Origin: Takakia lepidozioides
Taxonomy: Eukaryota; Plantae; Bryophyta
DNA length: 64,000 bases
NCBI GenBank assembly: GCA_030704615.1
Contig: CM060734.1
Coordinates: 43,276,001 to 43,340,000, forward strand
Reading direction: 5' to 3'
Shown: one piece after another, positions 24,372 through 38,140 of the stretch
Numbering within the stretch: position 1 is the first letter of the stretch
How the letters are laid out: the number at the start of each line of letters is the position of its first letter
Made by a program: the position numbers and the translations under genes
Notes under the pieces: generated by a model
Databases searched by the model: none
What the model was told of the DNA's origin: nothing
The model's input: only the letters and a program-made list of their open reading frames with translations

Positions 24372-26272
24372 ATGGTAGGGAGATGGGCGCTTGCAGCAAA
24401 CATCGGTCTTGTGCTGTGTCTGCATCTGCTTCTATGGGAAGTGGAGGTAGCAAGTGCGGCGAAGAGAGTGCATATACCAGATCAGCTGGACGACGTGGTG
24501 GATAATGAAGAAGATGAGGCGTGGAAGGCGTGGGGCAAGCCCAAGCCCAAACCGATTGTGTTTGACCCACCTCCGGATTTCGATGGGAAGGATCTGGAGA
24601 AGTATCAGCTGGAGATGTTGAAGCGTCAAACGGGACCTTCCATGGGCTTCGTTAAGCTCCGTCTTGGTGTTTCTCGCAAGCCGGTACGGTATGTGTTGTC
24701 TCTGCATTGCGTGTGTGTTAGAGAGACGGATGGATAAGTTGTCTATACTCAGGCCGCACTAAGACTGAAATCACGCCCTGTTAGGAGTGAGCTCAAAGTG
24801 GAGTTGAGGGGATAAGGCGGGGTGAGGGAGCTGGTTCGATTGCTGGGTTCCATGCACCTGATTCAGAGGTGAAGTTGCATGTGTACCATTGCGAGAGCTC
24901 TTGCAAAGGAGCATCTACTTGCAAGGTAGGAATATAGATTGGCTCTGCGGCGATAGACAATATGAACCAGGATACCAGCATAGCATGCGAGGGTTGGGTT
25001 GGAGATCCATGCTAATGAGGGTTAAACTCAGGGTTGTGCACTGGTTCCTGATTGAGAATCAACCAGGAATGCGTGAAGAATCTCTGCTCTTAGGAGAGCC
25101 ATAGTGCCATATCCAAGGTCAGGGTTTTGGTATTTGGCTAGACGATAGTACACAAAAGTCATATTGTGATGTGGAAACCAACCAGGGATGAGGTCAGGTT
25201 TAGTGTGAGGACAGACACACGTAAATTGTCAAACTATTATCTTGGTGTGAACTGCTGTGAGTTGGCCATGCAGGAAGAAGCCAGCATGATTGCAAGGAAA
25301 TGGTCAGAACTATTGAAGACAGGATCTATTGCAGCTAAAATCTATGCGGTAGACAAGAACACTATCATGTTTGCTATTGAAAATGGGCAGGACACACTCG
25401 AGGTACGAGTTTTCCAATGTTATAAACTGTTTTACTTCGATTGACAATACCTACTTTCCTTGAGCTCTAAGTGGTATGTTTTTCGGCCTTACTTATTGAT
25501 CAGGATAAAGTTGTTGAAGATGTAGGTGGGTGTTGCTGGGATTTCCATGAAGGATTGACTGCATGTGTGATAGAAAGAGTGATCATTATGAGACTCTGCT
25601 TGGCACAACCTTTTAACCCTGAACCAGACACCTCATTTGGATGGGAAAGAGATGGAGGGGGCTAATAGAGGGTGACAGGATTTATTTGCTCGGAGAGGTT
25701 GGATGGAAGTTTCTGGTTTATATATAATGTGTTCTGGTTTGTTTGGCCTTTCCTAATAAAAGCCTTTTACTCCGAAGTAAAGCTTGTCATTCAGTTACTC
25801 TTGGAGTCAACGAGACTTGCTCCTGTTGGTTTGACATCGGTGGGGAGCCTAGTTCTGAATGCTCTGATATCTCATTCTGATCAGCTATCAGGAGTTGAAG
25901 GGGTTGTAAATTGAATGGTTACCAAGGCTCTGTATACACTGTCAACTAGCATCGACATTTCCATCAATGCAAAATTGTTCACATGGAGTGTTTAGTTGAG
26001 TTCTCTCATATACCCTAATGAGCATTCCATGAGACAAAAATAAGACTCCATTTTACTCAAGTGGCCAAAGAGATTGACTTTTTTTGGCTGATGGGTTGTA
26101 ACAGGTGAAAGACTTTGTGCTTAGCCAGTCTGAAGCATATGAATTTAAACTTGGGAACAACGCATTTCGGCGGCCGGGTGACCCTCCCTTGGAAGTGGTA
26201 GTGGAGAGACTAAGGTCTCAAGAGGCCAACAAGAAAGCACAGTCGGCAGAAGCAGACAAAGAAGAGCTTTGA
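24372..26272 (+). CDS. MESD-like ER chaperone (LDL-receptor/wingless trafficking chaperone family)
   Basis: Exons 24372-24683, 25274-25402 and 26105-26272. Signal peptide, KRVHIPDQLDDVVDNEEDEAW..WG, GFVKLRLG, FRRPGDPP and C-terminal KEEL ER-retention signal. Confidence 0.88.
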
Positions 26273-28469
26273 TTTGTAACAGATGCCCTCTTCGACACTC
26301 GGATGATTGAACTCCAAGACAGTTTCCTTGCAACTGATGGCCGCCTCACCGTCTCATCCACAGGAATTTACGTAAGCGAGGCTTGAGGAGTTCTCAACCA
26401 GACATTTGCAGTCACGACTTCCAGTTGTATCTTGTGGCAGGAGACGGGGTTTTCTTAAAGTCTTTTAGTTTTCTTGTCAGTAAACCCTTGTCAAAAGCTG
26501 AGCCTTAGGACAGTACATCAGTGTTCATTGGGCTTTTATTGGTGGCCATGCAATTTTTAAAGCTATTCCGGTTGAACTCTTTGTATCATACATCGGCGAG
26601 GCATGTTTTGAGAGTTAGGAATGTGAAGTTGGCTGTTGTGGTACCTCAAATCCTTGAGCACTCACCAGCCTGAGGCATCTTCAGGAGCTAGAGCTTTTCT
26701 GCAACTGCCTCCAACTTTCCAGACCTGCACAGTGACTATGGTGAAGCCACCCTATAGTGCACAGTTCCCAATACCATCAGAAATGCTCCCACATCTATGT
26801 CATCCCTTATGTTGAAGCATGCTGCAGACTCTGTGATGAGAATAAGTGGTTAAAGTGCAGGATTCACAGAAACAGGGAAGAGGCCAGTTTTCAGTACCCA
26901 AGACAAGGGAAAGATGTGGCTCTCTAGGACGTTCTGGTTGAGGAAAGTAGTCTGGATCCTATCCCTCTTATTTCAACCTCAAGAAAAAATTCTAGCTGCA
27001 CAGTTTGTGACAGAATTGGCGATGGGGCTGCGTAGCTGTATACACATAACCACATCAAAAGTCCTTTACTTTGAGACCCCCTTTATCAATTCAAGTACAT
27101 ACTAATAACTTTGCAGGTCTGGAAAGTTGGAGAAAGGCTAAATGACATGATATGTCTGGTTTTCTCGTCCAGTGTGGATGGCGCTTTGGCCAGAGGGTGG
27201 CTTGGGCACCCACGAGGGCTTGGTGTTCAATTCCTGGTCCAGAAACAATGTTCTAGAGAGGCTTTCAGCTTATTATCATAAGCAGCAACGCATTCCAGAG
27301 AGTATTCGAAGCTATACCCACATGACATGAAACTCGCAGGGGAAATTTTGAAGCAAGAGATGCATATATGCAGATATTGAATTTAGCTCCAAGACTTGTA
27401 ATGGATTGCAGGACTACCTAAGACTCCCCCTACAGAGCAAGTAATCCAGGTAGCCCCATAGGCAAACCTTCCAGAGAAGGTGATTGAGATGTTCAGGAGA
27501 GATTTGACAACTACAACTGGGAAAAATCTCATGGAATTCCTGAAAGACCTTCCCCAGTATATATGTGCATACTATACATGTGCATACAATACCAGACTCT
27601 GCAACAATTCATCAAAGACTGTCTGAAGGACTGTACTCCTGGTTGACAATGATAGAACCAACATCATACCATGCAAAGATGTCAAACAACAAGCCTGTGC
27701 CTAGTTGAAACCCTTAACAACCAATCCCGTATTTTCAAGGGATGTTTTGATTCTCACCACAGATAATTTACCAACTCCAGCAGGTGGGTAGATGTGTACT
27801 TACAACCTCTAGCAACCAGCCACATCAGTGTGCAGTGGCTGTAGTGTTATGCAGACAACTTACCATGTGAAGAGTCCAACATCCCAGAGTACAAATGCCA
27901 ACACTGTACTTGCATTGAAACGCAGTGGACCACAATTTTCACACATGTAAGTAAAGGGATAAGCAGTCTTTGTTAGGTGGTGTCTTTTTAGTGACACCAA
28001 TCTGTTTCATTCGAAGAACCAGTATGGTTGCCGCCTATCATGTACAGCACACTGCCCAACACCCAGTGTATCAAAGAATCTGAGTGCTTGCTCCTTGAGA
28101 ATTAGTCTAGCTGATTCAACCCCCCGGTGGAAGGAATGATGACAGCATATACTTTCTTTGTAATGGTCTGCGTTGTATGGGATGATGAAGCCTTTAGCAA
28201 CAGCTGTATCAGATCCACGCAGTGGTCCCATCCAACAGCCTCCAACAGCAAATGGGCTCACATCTTACCAGAATGGCCCACCATGGATGCAATAGTCTGT
28301 GAGAACCATTTAATACAGGATGGCTGCGGTATCTTCAGTTGAGCAGCAAGTCTGAATCAGGAAGCCCCATGCTGATGCAAGATTGCGCAGTACTGAAGGG
28401 GATCCTTGTTTTGTTGTGTTGAGCAAAGACAGCAGAAGAACAACTGCAGAATTCAAATGAGTGGAATGA

Positions 28470-31400
28470 TCAATGGGTAGCAGCTAATAGCTCTGAAGTG
28501 ACCAGTTGCTGCTGCCCAGGGGTTCCAGGAAACTGGCCAATGTCTTGGCCCTCAACAACTTCAAAGCCCTTCTGCAATCCAATGCTGAACTCGTCCGGAT
28601 TGAGCTCCCCCCTGTCACGGTAGTCAGCGATCTGTGATGCCAAGACAATGATCTCATTAGATAGTGCAGGCCGTAGCCGTGTGGACTTTTGCAAATGTCT
28701 AACCCATAGATTAGGAACCCACTGTTTACTGTCTGCTGCAACACACCTACACAAGTACCAACAAATCATACGTAGGATCCTTGCCTACCACATGAATAGG
28801 ATACACATGAATAGGATCCTTGCCTTCTCAATCATCTACACCATTTGAGAGGACAAATGAAGATCTTAGCACCACATGAAATGGACGTGAGCAAACTTGA
28901 GCTAGTAGCCTCTGCCAAGCAAGGCCAAGCATGGTTGTCAAGAAAAGACAGTCATTCTTGTATTGTTGTGGAAAGCTGTACTTTCTTGGTTGAAAATCCA
29001 AGGGGCTTACATGCTGACCGAGGGCAATGCCACTCAAAGCTGCAGCCTCCAGGCTGGAGCCCAAGAGCCAATCACCACAGATACCCACCCTCCCATGCGC
29101 GTCAAATATGCAGGGCACATCTGGTGTATTTGTTGGAAGTGCTGCACCCCTGACAAATTGATCAAACAACCCTTGTCAAATTCTTCTAGAAACAGATAAA
29201 GAAGAACACACAGGACAGACATTCCTCGTGGTAAACTTGTGGCTATCCACCCCACTGGTCATATACAGAAACAAACATATTATCTATGGGGAGATAAGTC
29301 TGAAGGGTCTGTTTGGAGCATTATAGTATCCAACAGAAGCGGTTAGGGCACAAGGCCGCCTTACAAGCAATCGTGGTGTACGTAGGATGTCACCGTTATA
29401 GCCGACCCAAGTATAAAAGGGAATCGCGAGGTCAACTGGCCACCTAATGTGTGGGTATCTGGGGACTTCCTAGCCCTTGGGGGAGGTTTGGGCAACTGCA
29501 TTGCCCTAGTTACAGCAGTTAAAAGTTACCAACTTCCAAACGGCAGTAACCCTTTGGGATGAAGTGACACCATAATTTACACTTGCTTCAGCTGGAGTCA
29601 ACCTTTTGGAACAGTATAGCAAGAAGAAACAAAGTGACAAATGGACCAGAAAGAATGGTCGCCCGCAGCCACTGACCAAGCATAAACGAGCTTGTACTGG
29701 ATGTCCTGTCCTTCCAGGAACAGGATGGCCTTACTAGACTTGAATCTCTAAATACTTAGATTAAAAAAAAAAATGTACTCGTGAGACGTTGTTTGCCGTA
29801 GCCTCTAGATACATAGGTGAAGAAGAATAGAAAGAACAGACCTGGCATACTGTAGACCTGTGGCTATAAACCCCACTGGACAAGATAGATGACCAAACAG
29901 AATGATAGCCAGCAGACACTGCCAAGCATAAACCAGCTTGCACTAGATGTCCTGTCAATCCACGAACAGGATGGGCTTACCAGAGTTGAACCCGGGTGTA
30001 GAAGGGGGCAGGCATGGAGCCCTCAGATAGCCCAAGTGCAGTTTCTGCCCCCTGCAACATTTCCCTTTTCACCCTTTCTGCCTTCACCACTGGTATGCTC
30101 TCCTGCAGTCCATCCACTTATCTACTTGGGATCATCTTTATTTATGTTTTTGGTGGTTGCATGCTTCCAAACTGCATCAGACTGATCCATCATTCACACT
30201 ACAAATAAAAACCAGAGGATTTACTATTTTTTATTTTTTTTTCCCAAAGCCTTCTTTTTTCAGTTTTTTTCCCATAGACCCCGCACATGTTTTGGGGCAA
30301 GAAAGACAGAAAGAAAGCAAAAAAAAAGAGAAACACTACATTGTCCACGCAGGACAGAGAGAGCAAGAGAGGGGCATACCTGGGGAACCTTGTTCTTTTT
30401 ACCGTAGGCAGCTGTGCTGAAGAGGGTCCAACAGTGAAGTTCTTTCTCCTCTGAGAGAGAGAGCTTGCTTGCATTGTTAGCCATCCATGAAACAGCCTTA
30501 ACACCTTCTACGAATGCACCATCTAGAGGACGGTCAGCCTTAACACCCACGGGGGAGGGGAGAGGCTCCTGAAAGGCAGCCATCAGGGCCCAGATAGAGC
30601 TCAACTCCAACCTCTGCAAAGAAGATCATTTGCATCTTGTAAAGGTTCTCCAAGCAAACCACAGGGGATATTCACATTGTGAGATATTAAACCATCATGA
30701 GACCACCCATTTTGACGGCGAACAACCAATGACTGAGAATGCTAAGTCAGTACTAACCTCTTCATTGAACATATGAAGGACCCTTCTACTGCAGTGGGTC
30801 CATATCAACTTCAAGGACATGGTCTTGAATTAACATGTGCTCCTTGGAAATTGATAGACTAACAATTTTTGTCTAACTGTGCGAGAGCTCCAGGAGCAGA
30901 AAGCACATAGAGGATGCCACATTCTCAACAACACACAAGCCTGTCCAACCTTGACACATGTGTGAACTGGATTACTAAGCAATTCATCTTTGTTTTAGTG
31001 AAGAACTAGTATCCATAAAAGTAGTCTCTGTTCTTTTTTAAAAACGAACCCTGAAGATAGGATTGCAGAGGCATAAAAAGTGAAAGACCTTCATTTGCTT
31101 GTACACAAGAGGTACACCTGATGGGCGCAGCAAACGGTTGGCACATTTACCTACAAACATCCAATAAAACTTCAGGAATGGCCACAGTAATTTCCTGTAG
31201 ACTGAACAGAGATTTAAATGGAGCTCACACTGAAATTCAGTATTTTGAAAAACGTTTCTGATGACATAGAAAAATTATTCCCTTTAGCAGCCATTGCCTG
31301 TTCATCTGTCTGTCAACCTAGCCTGTCTCTTCATCGACAGCTGCGAGTATTAACTCAGCAAAATAAACCAATTTTCTACAGCAACAGAATGCCTCGACAT

Positions 31401-33703
31401 AATAGGTATCATTCTCCTCTGCTTATGGACAATCTACCCTCATTTTGATGTCGTAATGCCCGAGCTACAATAAGAGAGGATTAAGCAAAGCTTCTGTACT
31501 GCCATTTATAACTGAATTTACAAAGAAAGGGTCTCTTGTCAGATTTAGACAAACTGTTCAGCAGAGAAAAACAAGGGATGAAAAAAGGAGGATAGTGGGG
31601 GGATGCCGTCACCATTGTGGGCGATAACAACTGCATCAAAACTGCCATGAGGCGTCCCATTTTCACTCAACTGCCAGCGGTCACCACGAGGATCCATTCG
31701 GCTGATCCAGACAGGCCTTCGCACTTCAATCAACCGGCTCTGTCCTCCATCTCAATGCAATGGCAAAATGCATATGAGAGAAGCATAACAACATTGCCAA
31801 TGCTCAATTGTATTCCTGTGTCCCTCTTGGTGTTGTCATGTAGATCAAGAAAAGATTCATATAACTCCCTCCCACCCAAAGAAAAGGAACTCACACGTGA
31901 CACAATGTGATCTGCCAAAGTACGCATCCCATGTGTTCCAATATACCGAGGCACGGCTGGCAGTTCTACAAACTGCCCACCAGGTTGTAAAGTCCCCACC
32001 ACCCCAGTCCACTCCTTCACTGCCCCCTCTTTGATCCATTGGTCGACGATCGTGCGGAAACGGGGATCTGACACAGTGAAATACTGAGCAGCATGATCAA
32101 AAACTAAGGATAACCCCTCACGTAGTTCCACATGTCTTGTTCCCATTCGTCCTCCTAGCCCATGCTTCCCCTGCAGACATACCCATAGTCCACAATGTTG
32201 ATCAATGTGTTCAGGGTTTAACAAGGGGTTTCAATTTTGCAAGCTTTAACCCAGAAGCAATCATATTAGAATAAGACATGCTGCACATCAATATCCCTCC
32301 ACTTATAACAGGTTGGCTGTGGTGACTGGTAGGAAAGAGAATGAGTGTACTCATAAGAGATATAGAGAGCTCAAACATGCTTGCACAGCTTCATGGCCAC
32401 AAAACCCAGCACCCACATCCCAGAAAATAATGCAGGTGATTTGGAAAGAGGACGTATGTATGTGCGACTGCGAAGAATTGTGAAACTTATATTCAGGATT
32501 CGGAATGCTTGCCGTATCGAAGACAGTGGAGCGAATTCCACGCTCTTCAAGTTCGAGGGCGCACAGAAGGCCCGACATGCCCCCTCCGAGAATAGCGATA
32601 TGGGGGTCCTTGCGCATTGGAGTAGTAAAGTGCACCTGCTCAGCTAAGGCAGGCTCCTTTCTCCTCTTCCTCTCCAATCCCGGATCTTCCTTCTCTTGAT
32701 CACCTCTCTCTTGCCTGCTAAACCCTTCATTGCTTACATTCTCTCCCTCCCCCATGTCACTCTGTCCTGCTCCACGCCGCCTCTCTCCAAACCTTTCGCT
32801 TGCCCCATTTACTCTGCTATCTCCATCTCTGTCTCTCCCCCCAAGTTTAATTCCTGGTCGCTCACTGCCTTCTGACCTCCCTCTCTCCCGCTGCAAAAAG
32901 CTGCCGGTATCGCCCCCTTTGAATTCATCCTTTCCTTTCTTCTCCCTCCCAGAACGTGCTTCATCATTCTTCCTCGTAGAGTTTCTCTGAGAGGGACCAG
33001 GTTTAGCTTCTTCTTCGTTGGAAAAGTCCTCTCTCCCTTCTCTTCTGTCTATACCGAAAGTCTCCCGGGAAATTTTTCTGCCATTCCCAACATTTTGAGT
33101 GGGTTTGCCGACCTCTCTCGCAAAGCCCATTTCGCGCTCCAAATCCTGCCCCCGGCCTTTCCTCTCCCCCTTAAACCCTGGTCGCTCTCCCGATGAACTC
33201 GTGGGCACTTTGTGATAGCTGCTGCTCCTCTCTCCTCTCTCCTCAGAATTGCGGACCTTCTTTTGAGGGCCATCTCTCACCTCTCTGTCACCAAAAAGGC
33301 GTTCTCGTTCCCCCTTGTTGCCAGTAAAACTCTTCACATATACCTCATCATCTTCGTTTCTCCCATTCTTCGGGTTCCCTTTCGAGTTGACAGAAGCTCT
33401 GAATTGTACACACAATCCTCCAGGTATTGAACGTACCACTTGCCCGAAGCCCAATGTTATTCGCGAATCCACCACTCCTTGCAACGAAAGAGACGAGAGG
33501 AAACTAGGGAGAGGGCAACTTGGGAGTGATTGTGATTTGAGAGTACAGAATTTGGGAGCTGGCCGATGCCCATACAATGCGAGATTGGAAAGGGACGAAC
33601 AGAGCTGATTTGAATGTTGCAGCTGAAGTGCATGGGAGATCAAAGGCTGGAAAGATAACGATGATGGACACAGCATCTGCTGAGCAGCTGTGAATGTGTA
33701 CAT
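28470..33703 (-). CDS. Renalase-like FAD/NAD(P)-binding oxidoreductase, probably plastid-targeted
   Basis: Exons about 33703-32513, 32170-31895, 31739-31613, 31150-31089, 30613-30380, 30102-29981, 29149-29011 and 28631-28470. Motifs IAILGGGMSGL, GLGGRMGTR, FDHAAQYFTV, AHNGKCANRL, QLWGAALP and ICGDWLLG. Start codon is tentative. Confidence 0.9.
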
Positions 33704-33994
33704 TGCATTTAAAGATAAACCCACAATTACAAACGGTGAATACAAACGCTCAGGGAGAGATAGAGGCTGCCCTCATGAGAACAGAGAACCGGGACCCCAT
33801 CTGACGACAACTGAGCTTTCGTGAACTGAGAGAACTTAAAAGTATGGGTTCCTCAACCTAATAAACAAAGAAGCTTATCCATACATGTAAGACGTGTCAG
33901 CCCATCCATCAGTGTTGATCGTCGTCCTGTTCACCACTTGGGTTTGTCGGAGAGAATCGATTCTCTGTAGCAGAGGCTGCAGTGCGAGACAGAT
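33704..33994. promoter_or_regulatory. Probable bidirectional promoter region
   Basis: Only about 290 bp separate the divergent putative start codons at 33703 (-) and 33995 (+). Confidence 0.55.
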
Positions 33995-36900
33995 ATGTGG
34001 GGGCCGGTGGAGAGTGTATCTACATCACGGGCCTCCTGGTCTCCATCATTCTACGGTCGTGTACACCTTTGGTAAGCTGGGTCCCCATCTCTCACTTGGA
34101 ATGGAACACCAGTGGACGAGAATTTCAGAATCAGTTGTGAATCGCAATCTGCAATTTTTTTACCGAGAGAGGGGTAGATCTCCACCTCTGGCCCTCTCGC
34201 CAATTAGCATTGATTAAGGATGTTATTTGTTTGATGTTGTCGCTGGAATGTTGCAGGGAGACGGTGCAAGCTAAAGACCGTCAAGATGTTCCCTGGCTAT
34301 GGGATCCTTCGGAAAAGGTCGTATTGCGCGTGGTGGACAGAAATTTGGCGAGCTTTACTGGAGAGGCTACTTGCACTAGTATATCCCTGACCAATGTGAC
34401 AGGTAGTTTGAGAATTCTCAAGAAGAACAAAAGCTGGGCAAGCTGCTTGCTGCAAGAGAAGACTAAAGCTGAAGACGTCAGAGCTGTGTCAATAGCTTCT
34501 CTAAGCCCAAAAGATCTGCACACCGAGGGTATGGCCAGACGTAGCCTCTCATCTCTGACCCTAGGCGTGGTGGTTGAGCACGGCAGTGAACATAGGCCTT
34601 GGACAATTAGGTTACATCCAGTGGACTCTGATAACAATGATTCATGATTTTCCTAGCTCCGTCCCGGTCTGATCAATATCATCCTGACAGGGGCATGTTT
34701 CAGAAAATGCAGGTGAAAGGAGAGATGGACCAAGTGGGAATGAAACTGACCTGCGGCGCATGTTGAGAGAGAGACAAGACAGGGTAGGCTCTTCAAGCCC
34801 CACAAAAAAATCTCTCGCAAGGACCCGTCTCAGAAATGAGGATGAGAGATGGGGGAAAGATGGAAAGATTTCGCGAGAGCAGGGGGAAGACACGGGTGTT
34901 AACATGTCAAACATTGATGCTGAAGATGATCCTTCTATGAAGATAAGAGTGGAAAAAGCACGGTCTTTTTATGAGGATCAACTTGCACTTAGAAAAGCCC
35001 TGAAAATCAGGAGAAGCGACACAGAGAAAACTTTGCAAGAAGCTTTTCAGGCTGTGAAATTGAGCACCGGATATTCAAAAGAGGTGGTGGCCAACATGCC
35101 AGAATTTGTGGACCAATTAATGGTTGAAGCTGTTGCCCTCAAAACCGAATCCAAATATGTGACATCATCCTTCGTGGCACGAGCAAGAGCTTGCATTGAT
35201 CGCAGCAAAGTGGTGCACATAGTCAAGTAAGTGTCTTTCCCAGCATTGAAACTTGTGTGAGAGGTTAGAGTGTAGTTGTAACCGGTTTTGATCACAAATA
35301 AAGGGAGGCACTGGTTATTTTCAAACTACAGTTTTCCTCTGATTCCGTTTTACTACTCAAGACTTAAGTCGATGTGTCTAATGTAAGGTGGGGATGTGAA
35401 GATGGATGAAACACAACAACGTGACTATTCCTCGAGTGGGCAAACTGGTGTGTATGACAAGCCCTCACTTGGACAAACTCCAGCAGCGAATCACATGGCT
35501 CAAGAAAATTTATGTCAGAGGAAGGGACCTAGGGGTGGTCCTCACGAGACAAGGCTGCATTTTAGAACGTCCTCTAAAAGACCTCGACGAAATTGTTAAC
35601 TCACTGGAGGGAGCTGGACTTAGAAGAGAGTGGTTGGGTTTTGTGGTCAGCCGGTCACCAGGGGTGTTATCTCTTAGCAGCCAAGAGCTCCATGGGAAAC
35701 TCGCCTTTTTCAATGAGCTGGGTTTAACACCAGAACAATTTGGAGTAATGACATTCAACTTTCCAGCAAGCATCGGCCACTTTTCCATCAATGAGATGCA
35801 GACTAAGGTGCCATTTTCTTCATTCAAATTTCTGTCAATCCATGAATATCTAGGTGTACCCATCCACAGGTTGAAGTCATTTGCAGTTCCCCAGAACTGA
35901 TGATGGGTTTTTCTATCTACGGGGAAATCAGCAGAGTGCTTGCACATATCCAAGAACAAACCTTTTTAGCACAGTTGTGACACCTTTTGCCCAGGTTGTA
36001 CGCTTCCCATGGTAGGGACACGGGGGGAGAGAAGAAAGAGAAAGAAAGTCATGAACTTCAGAGAGAGAGAGAGACAGCTTTTGGCCAGTGGTTGGTAGGA
36101 CCTGCACCTTTCGTCTCAAACTCGTGTTTTTGGTTCATACAGGTGGACTATATGAAACTTCTTGGGCTGCATGAATTGACTATTGGAAAAGCCATAGCCA
36201 GACGTCCCCAGTTACTTGCTTGCAGTGTTGATGAAGCTTGGCGACCACTGGTCAAGTATTTCCAGTGCTTGGGCATACAGAGGCCAGGCATACAGCGTAT
36301 AATGGCGGTGCACCCTGCTGTATTTTGTCTCAATCTTGAGTTCAACATTGCACCAAAGGTATCTCCATGGTAGATATGATCCCCATATGTGTTGGAGCCT
36401 GAGTCTGGTCTGACTCGAAAGATCAATGGGAACATCTAGTAAAATGGTGGATGTAAACCCTGCTTACTGCTTCTTCGATATCAGACTGCTCACTTTTGCA
36501 AGTAGGCAATGCACAGGGATGCTCAGTAAGTCGAAGACAGAAAAAGCTCAACATTGGTTCTGCTGTACGACTCTGATTTTTGAGAATTTTGTTAAATTGG
36601 TGCATCATTGCATCAAGATCGCAACATGTGAACTCAATTTGGCCCCATGAACACCAGAGGGACCTGACCAAAAGCATGGGGGACGGGAAAGGTACGGTTC
36701 TTGCGGGCAATAGGTGTACATGAGGAAGTGATTGGCCAGGTGCTTGTTGACTTCCCACCTCTTCTCAGCTACAGCCTTGACAAGAAGATTCGACCAGTGG
36801 TATGGATAACTGCCCCTTCTCTGACATACACAGTTTTCCCTTCTGTCTATCAGCCCACTATGCATACCCTTTGAGAAGTGGCTCTCTGTGTCATCTTGTC

Positions 36901-38140
36901 AAGCCATGGTTGAGTTAATACAGTGGGAGTGCATCTGGTCCCTTGTCAATGTGTTGGAGTTAGTCTAAACTTTATATCGTTGAGTTACTTGCTCTCGCAT
37001 TGTCATGTTTCATTTTTACCTGGGCACGCTGATGTGTTATAGGAGTTTATTGACAGTTTTGTGTACTTGTGGGTGGCAAAACTAGGTGAGGTTGCTACTG
37101 GAGAAAGCAGGGGTAGCTGAAGAGAATGTGGGGAAAGTGATTGGGCTACAGCCAGAGTTGATCGGGTGCAGCCTTTCCAATAAGCTGGAGCCAATCATCG
37201 AGTATCTTCTTAATCAGAAGCTTAGCCGTAGCCAGTTAGGAGCTATGGTGACAGACTTCCCCATGCTGCTGAAGTACAATATTCCAGTGATTCAACCCAA
37301 GTTCAAATATTTTAAGCGTGTAATGGCCCGACCCTTCGAAGACCTCGTTGTTTTTCCAAGGTGAGGGCTGGGTCTCAGTACAGTTTGAGGAGGCTGAGAT
37401 AGTTGCTTTTGGAGCTTGTGGCATCAAAGTACCCCAGGTATTGTCTGTTTTTGTTATCTAAGGAAGACAGGATCCCTTTCCCTCTAATGTATGCTCAAAT
37501 GGTGTGCATGGGCAAATTCCAATGACTTCAACTTTGAGGTGAGGGCCAGCTGATTTATGGCAAGAGGTGGCCAGAGCTGGCTCTGAGGCTTCAAGGTGTG
37601 CAGGGAAGGATCTAATAAGAGGAGAAAGTCTGTGGGGATTCTTTGGACCTAACCTGGGCCAGGTGGCCACTCAAAATTGCTTGACCACTGACCTCATTCT
37701 AAACTTGAGCATATGCATCATGACTATTCAAGGGACTGTGTTAGCATTTTTCCGTTTGTTTATCATTAACAGGATTTACCTGGTGGTCTGTCAGGTACTT
37801 CAGCTACTCATTACAGGGAAGAATAGTCCCAAGACATCAAATTGTGAATTCGAAGGGGTTGAATTTTAGCTTGAGGTACATGCTGGCATGCAGCGACGAT
37901 TTGTTTGATCAGAGAGTGGTGGCAGCATTGGCTGCCCCAGATTTTCAGATGGAGGAGACAGAAGAGGACGGAACTGCTTATACAAATGCAGAGATGGAAG
38001 ATATTCGAGATGTCAATGATGAGACAGAATATGACGAGACAGAAGAGGATGGAAATGCTTATCCTACAGATGCAGAGGAGATGGAACAGATGGAAGATAT
38101 ATCTGAAAGTGATGTATTTGACCGTTTGGAACAATTGTGA
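33995..38140 (+). CDS. MTERF2: Transcription termination factor MTERF2-like, chloroplastic
   Basis: Exons about 33995-34071, 34257-34528, ~34703-35227, 35402-35807, 36143-36358, 36692-36799, 37086-37360 and 37795-38140. mTERF repeats with WRPLVKYF, KKIRPVV, DFPMLLKY, FPRYFSYSL..RIVPRH and LRYMLAC, as in EMB2219/MTERF2. The first exons are less certain. Confidence 0.88.

Noticed and set aside
26620-27570. Possible decayed coding or retroelement relic
   Set aside because: Only short stop-interrupted peptides with no diagnostic motif.
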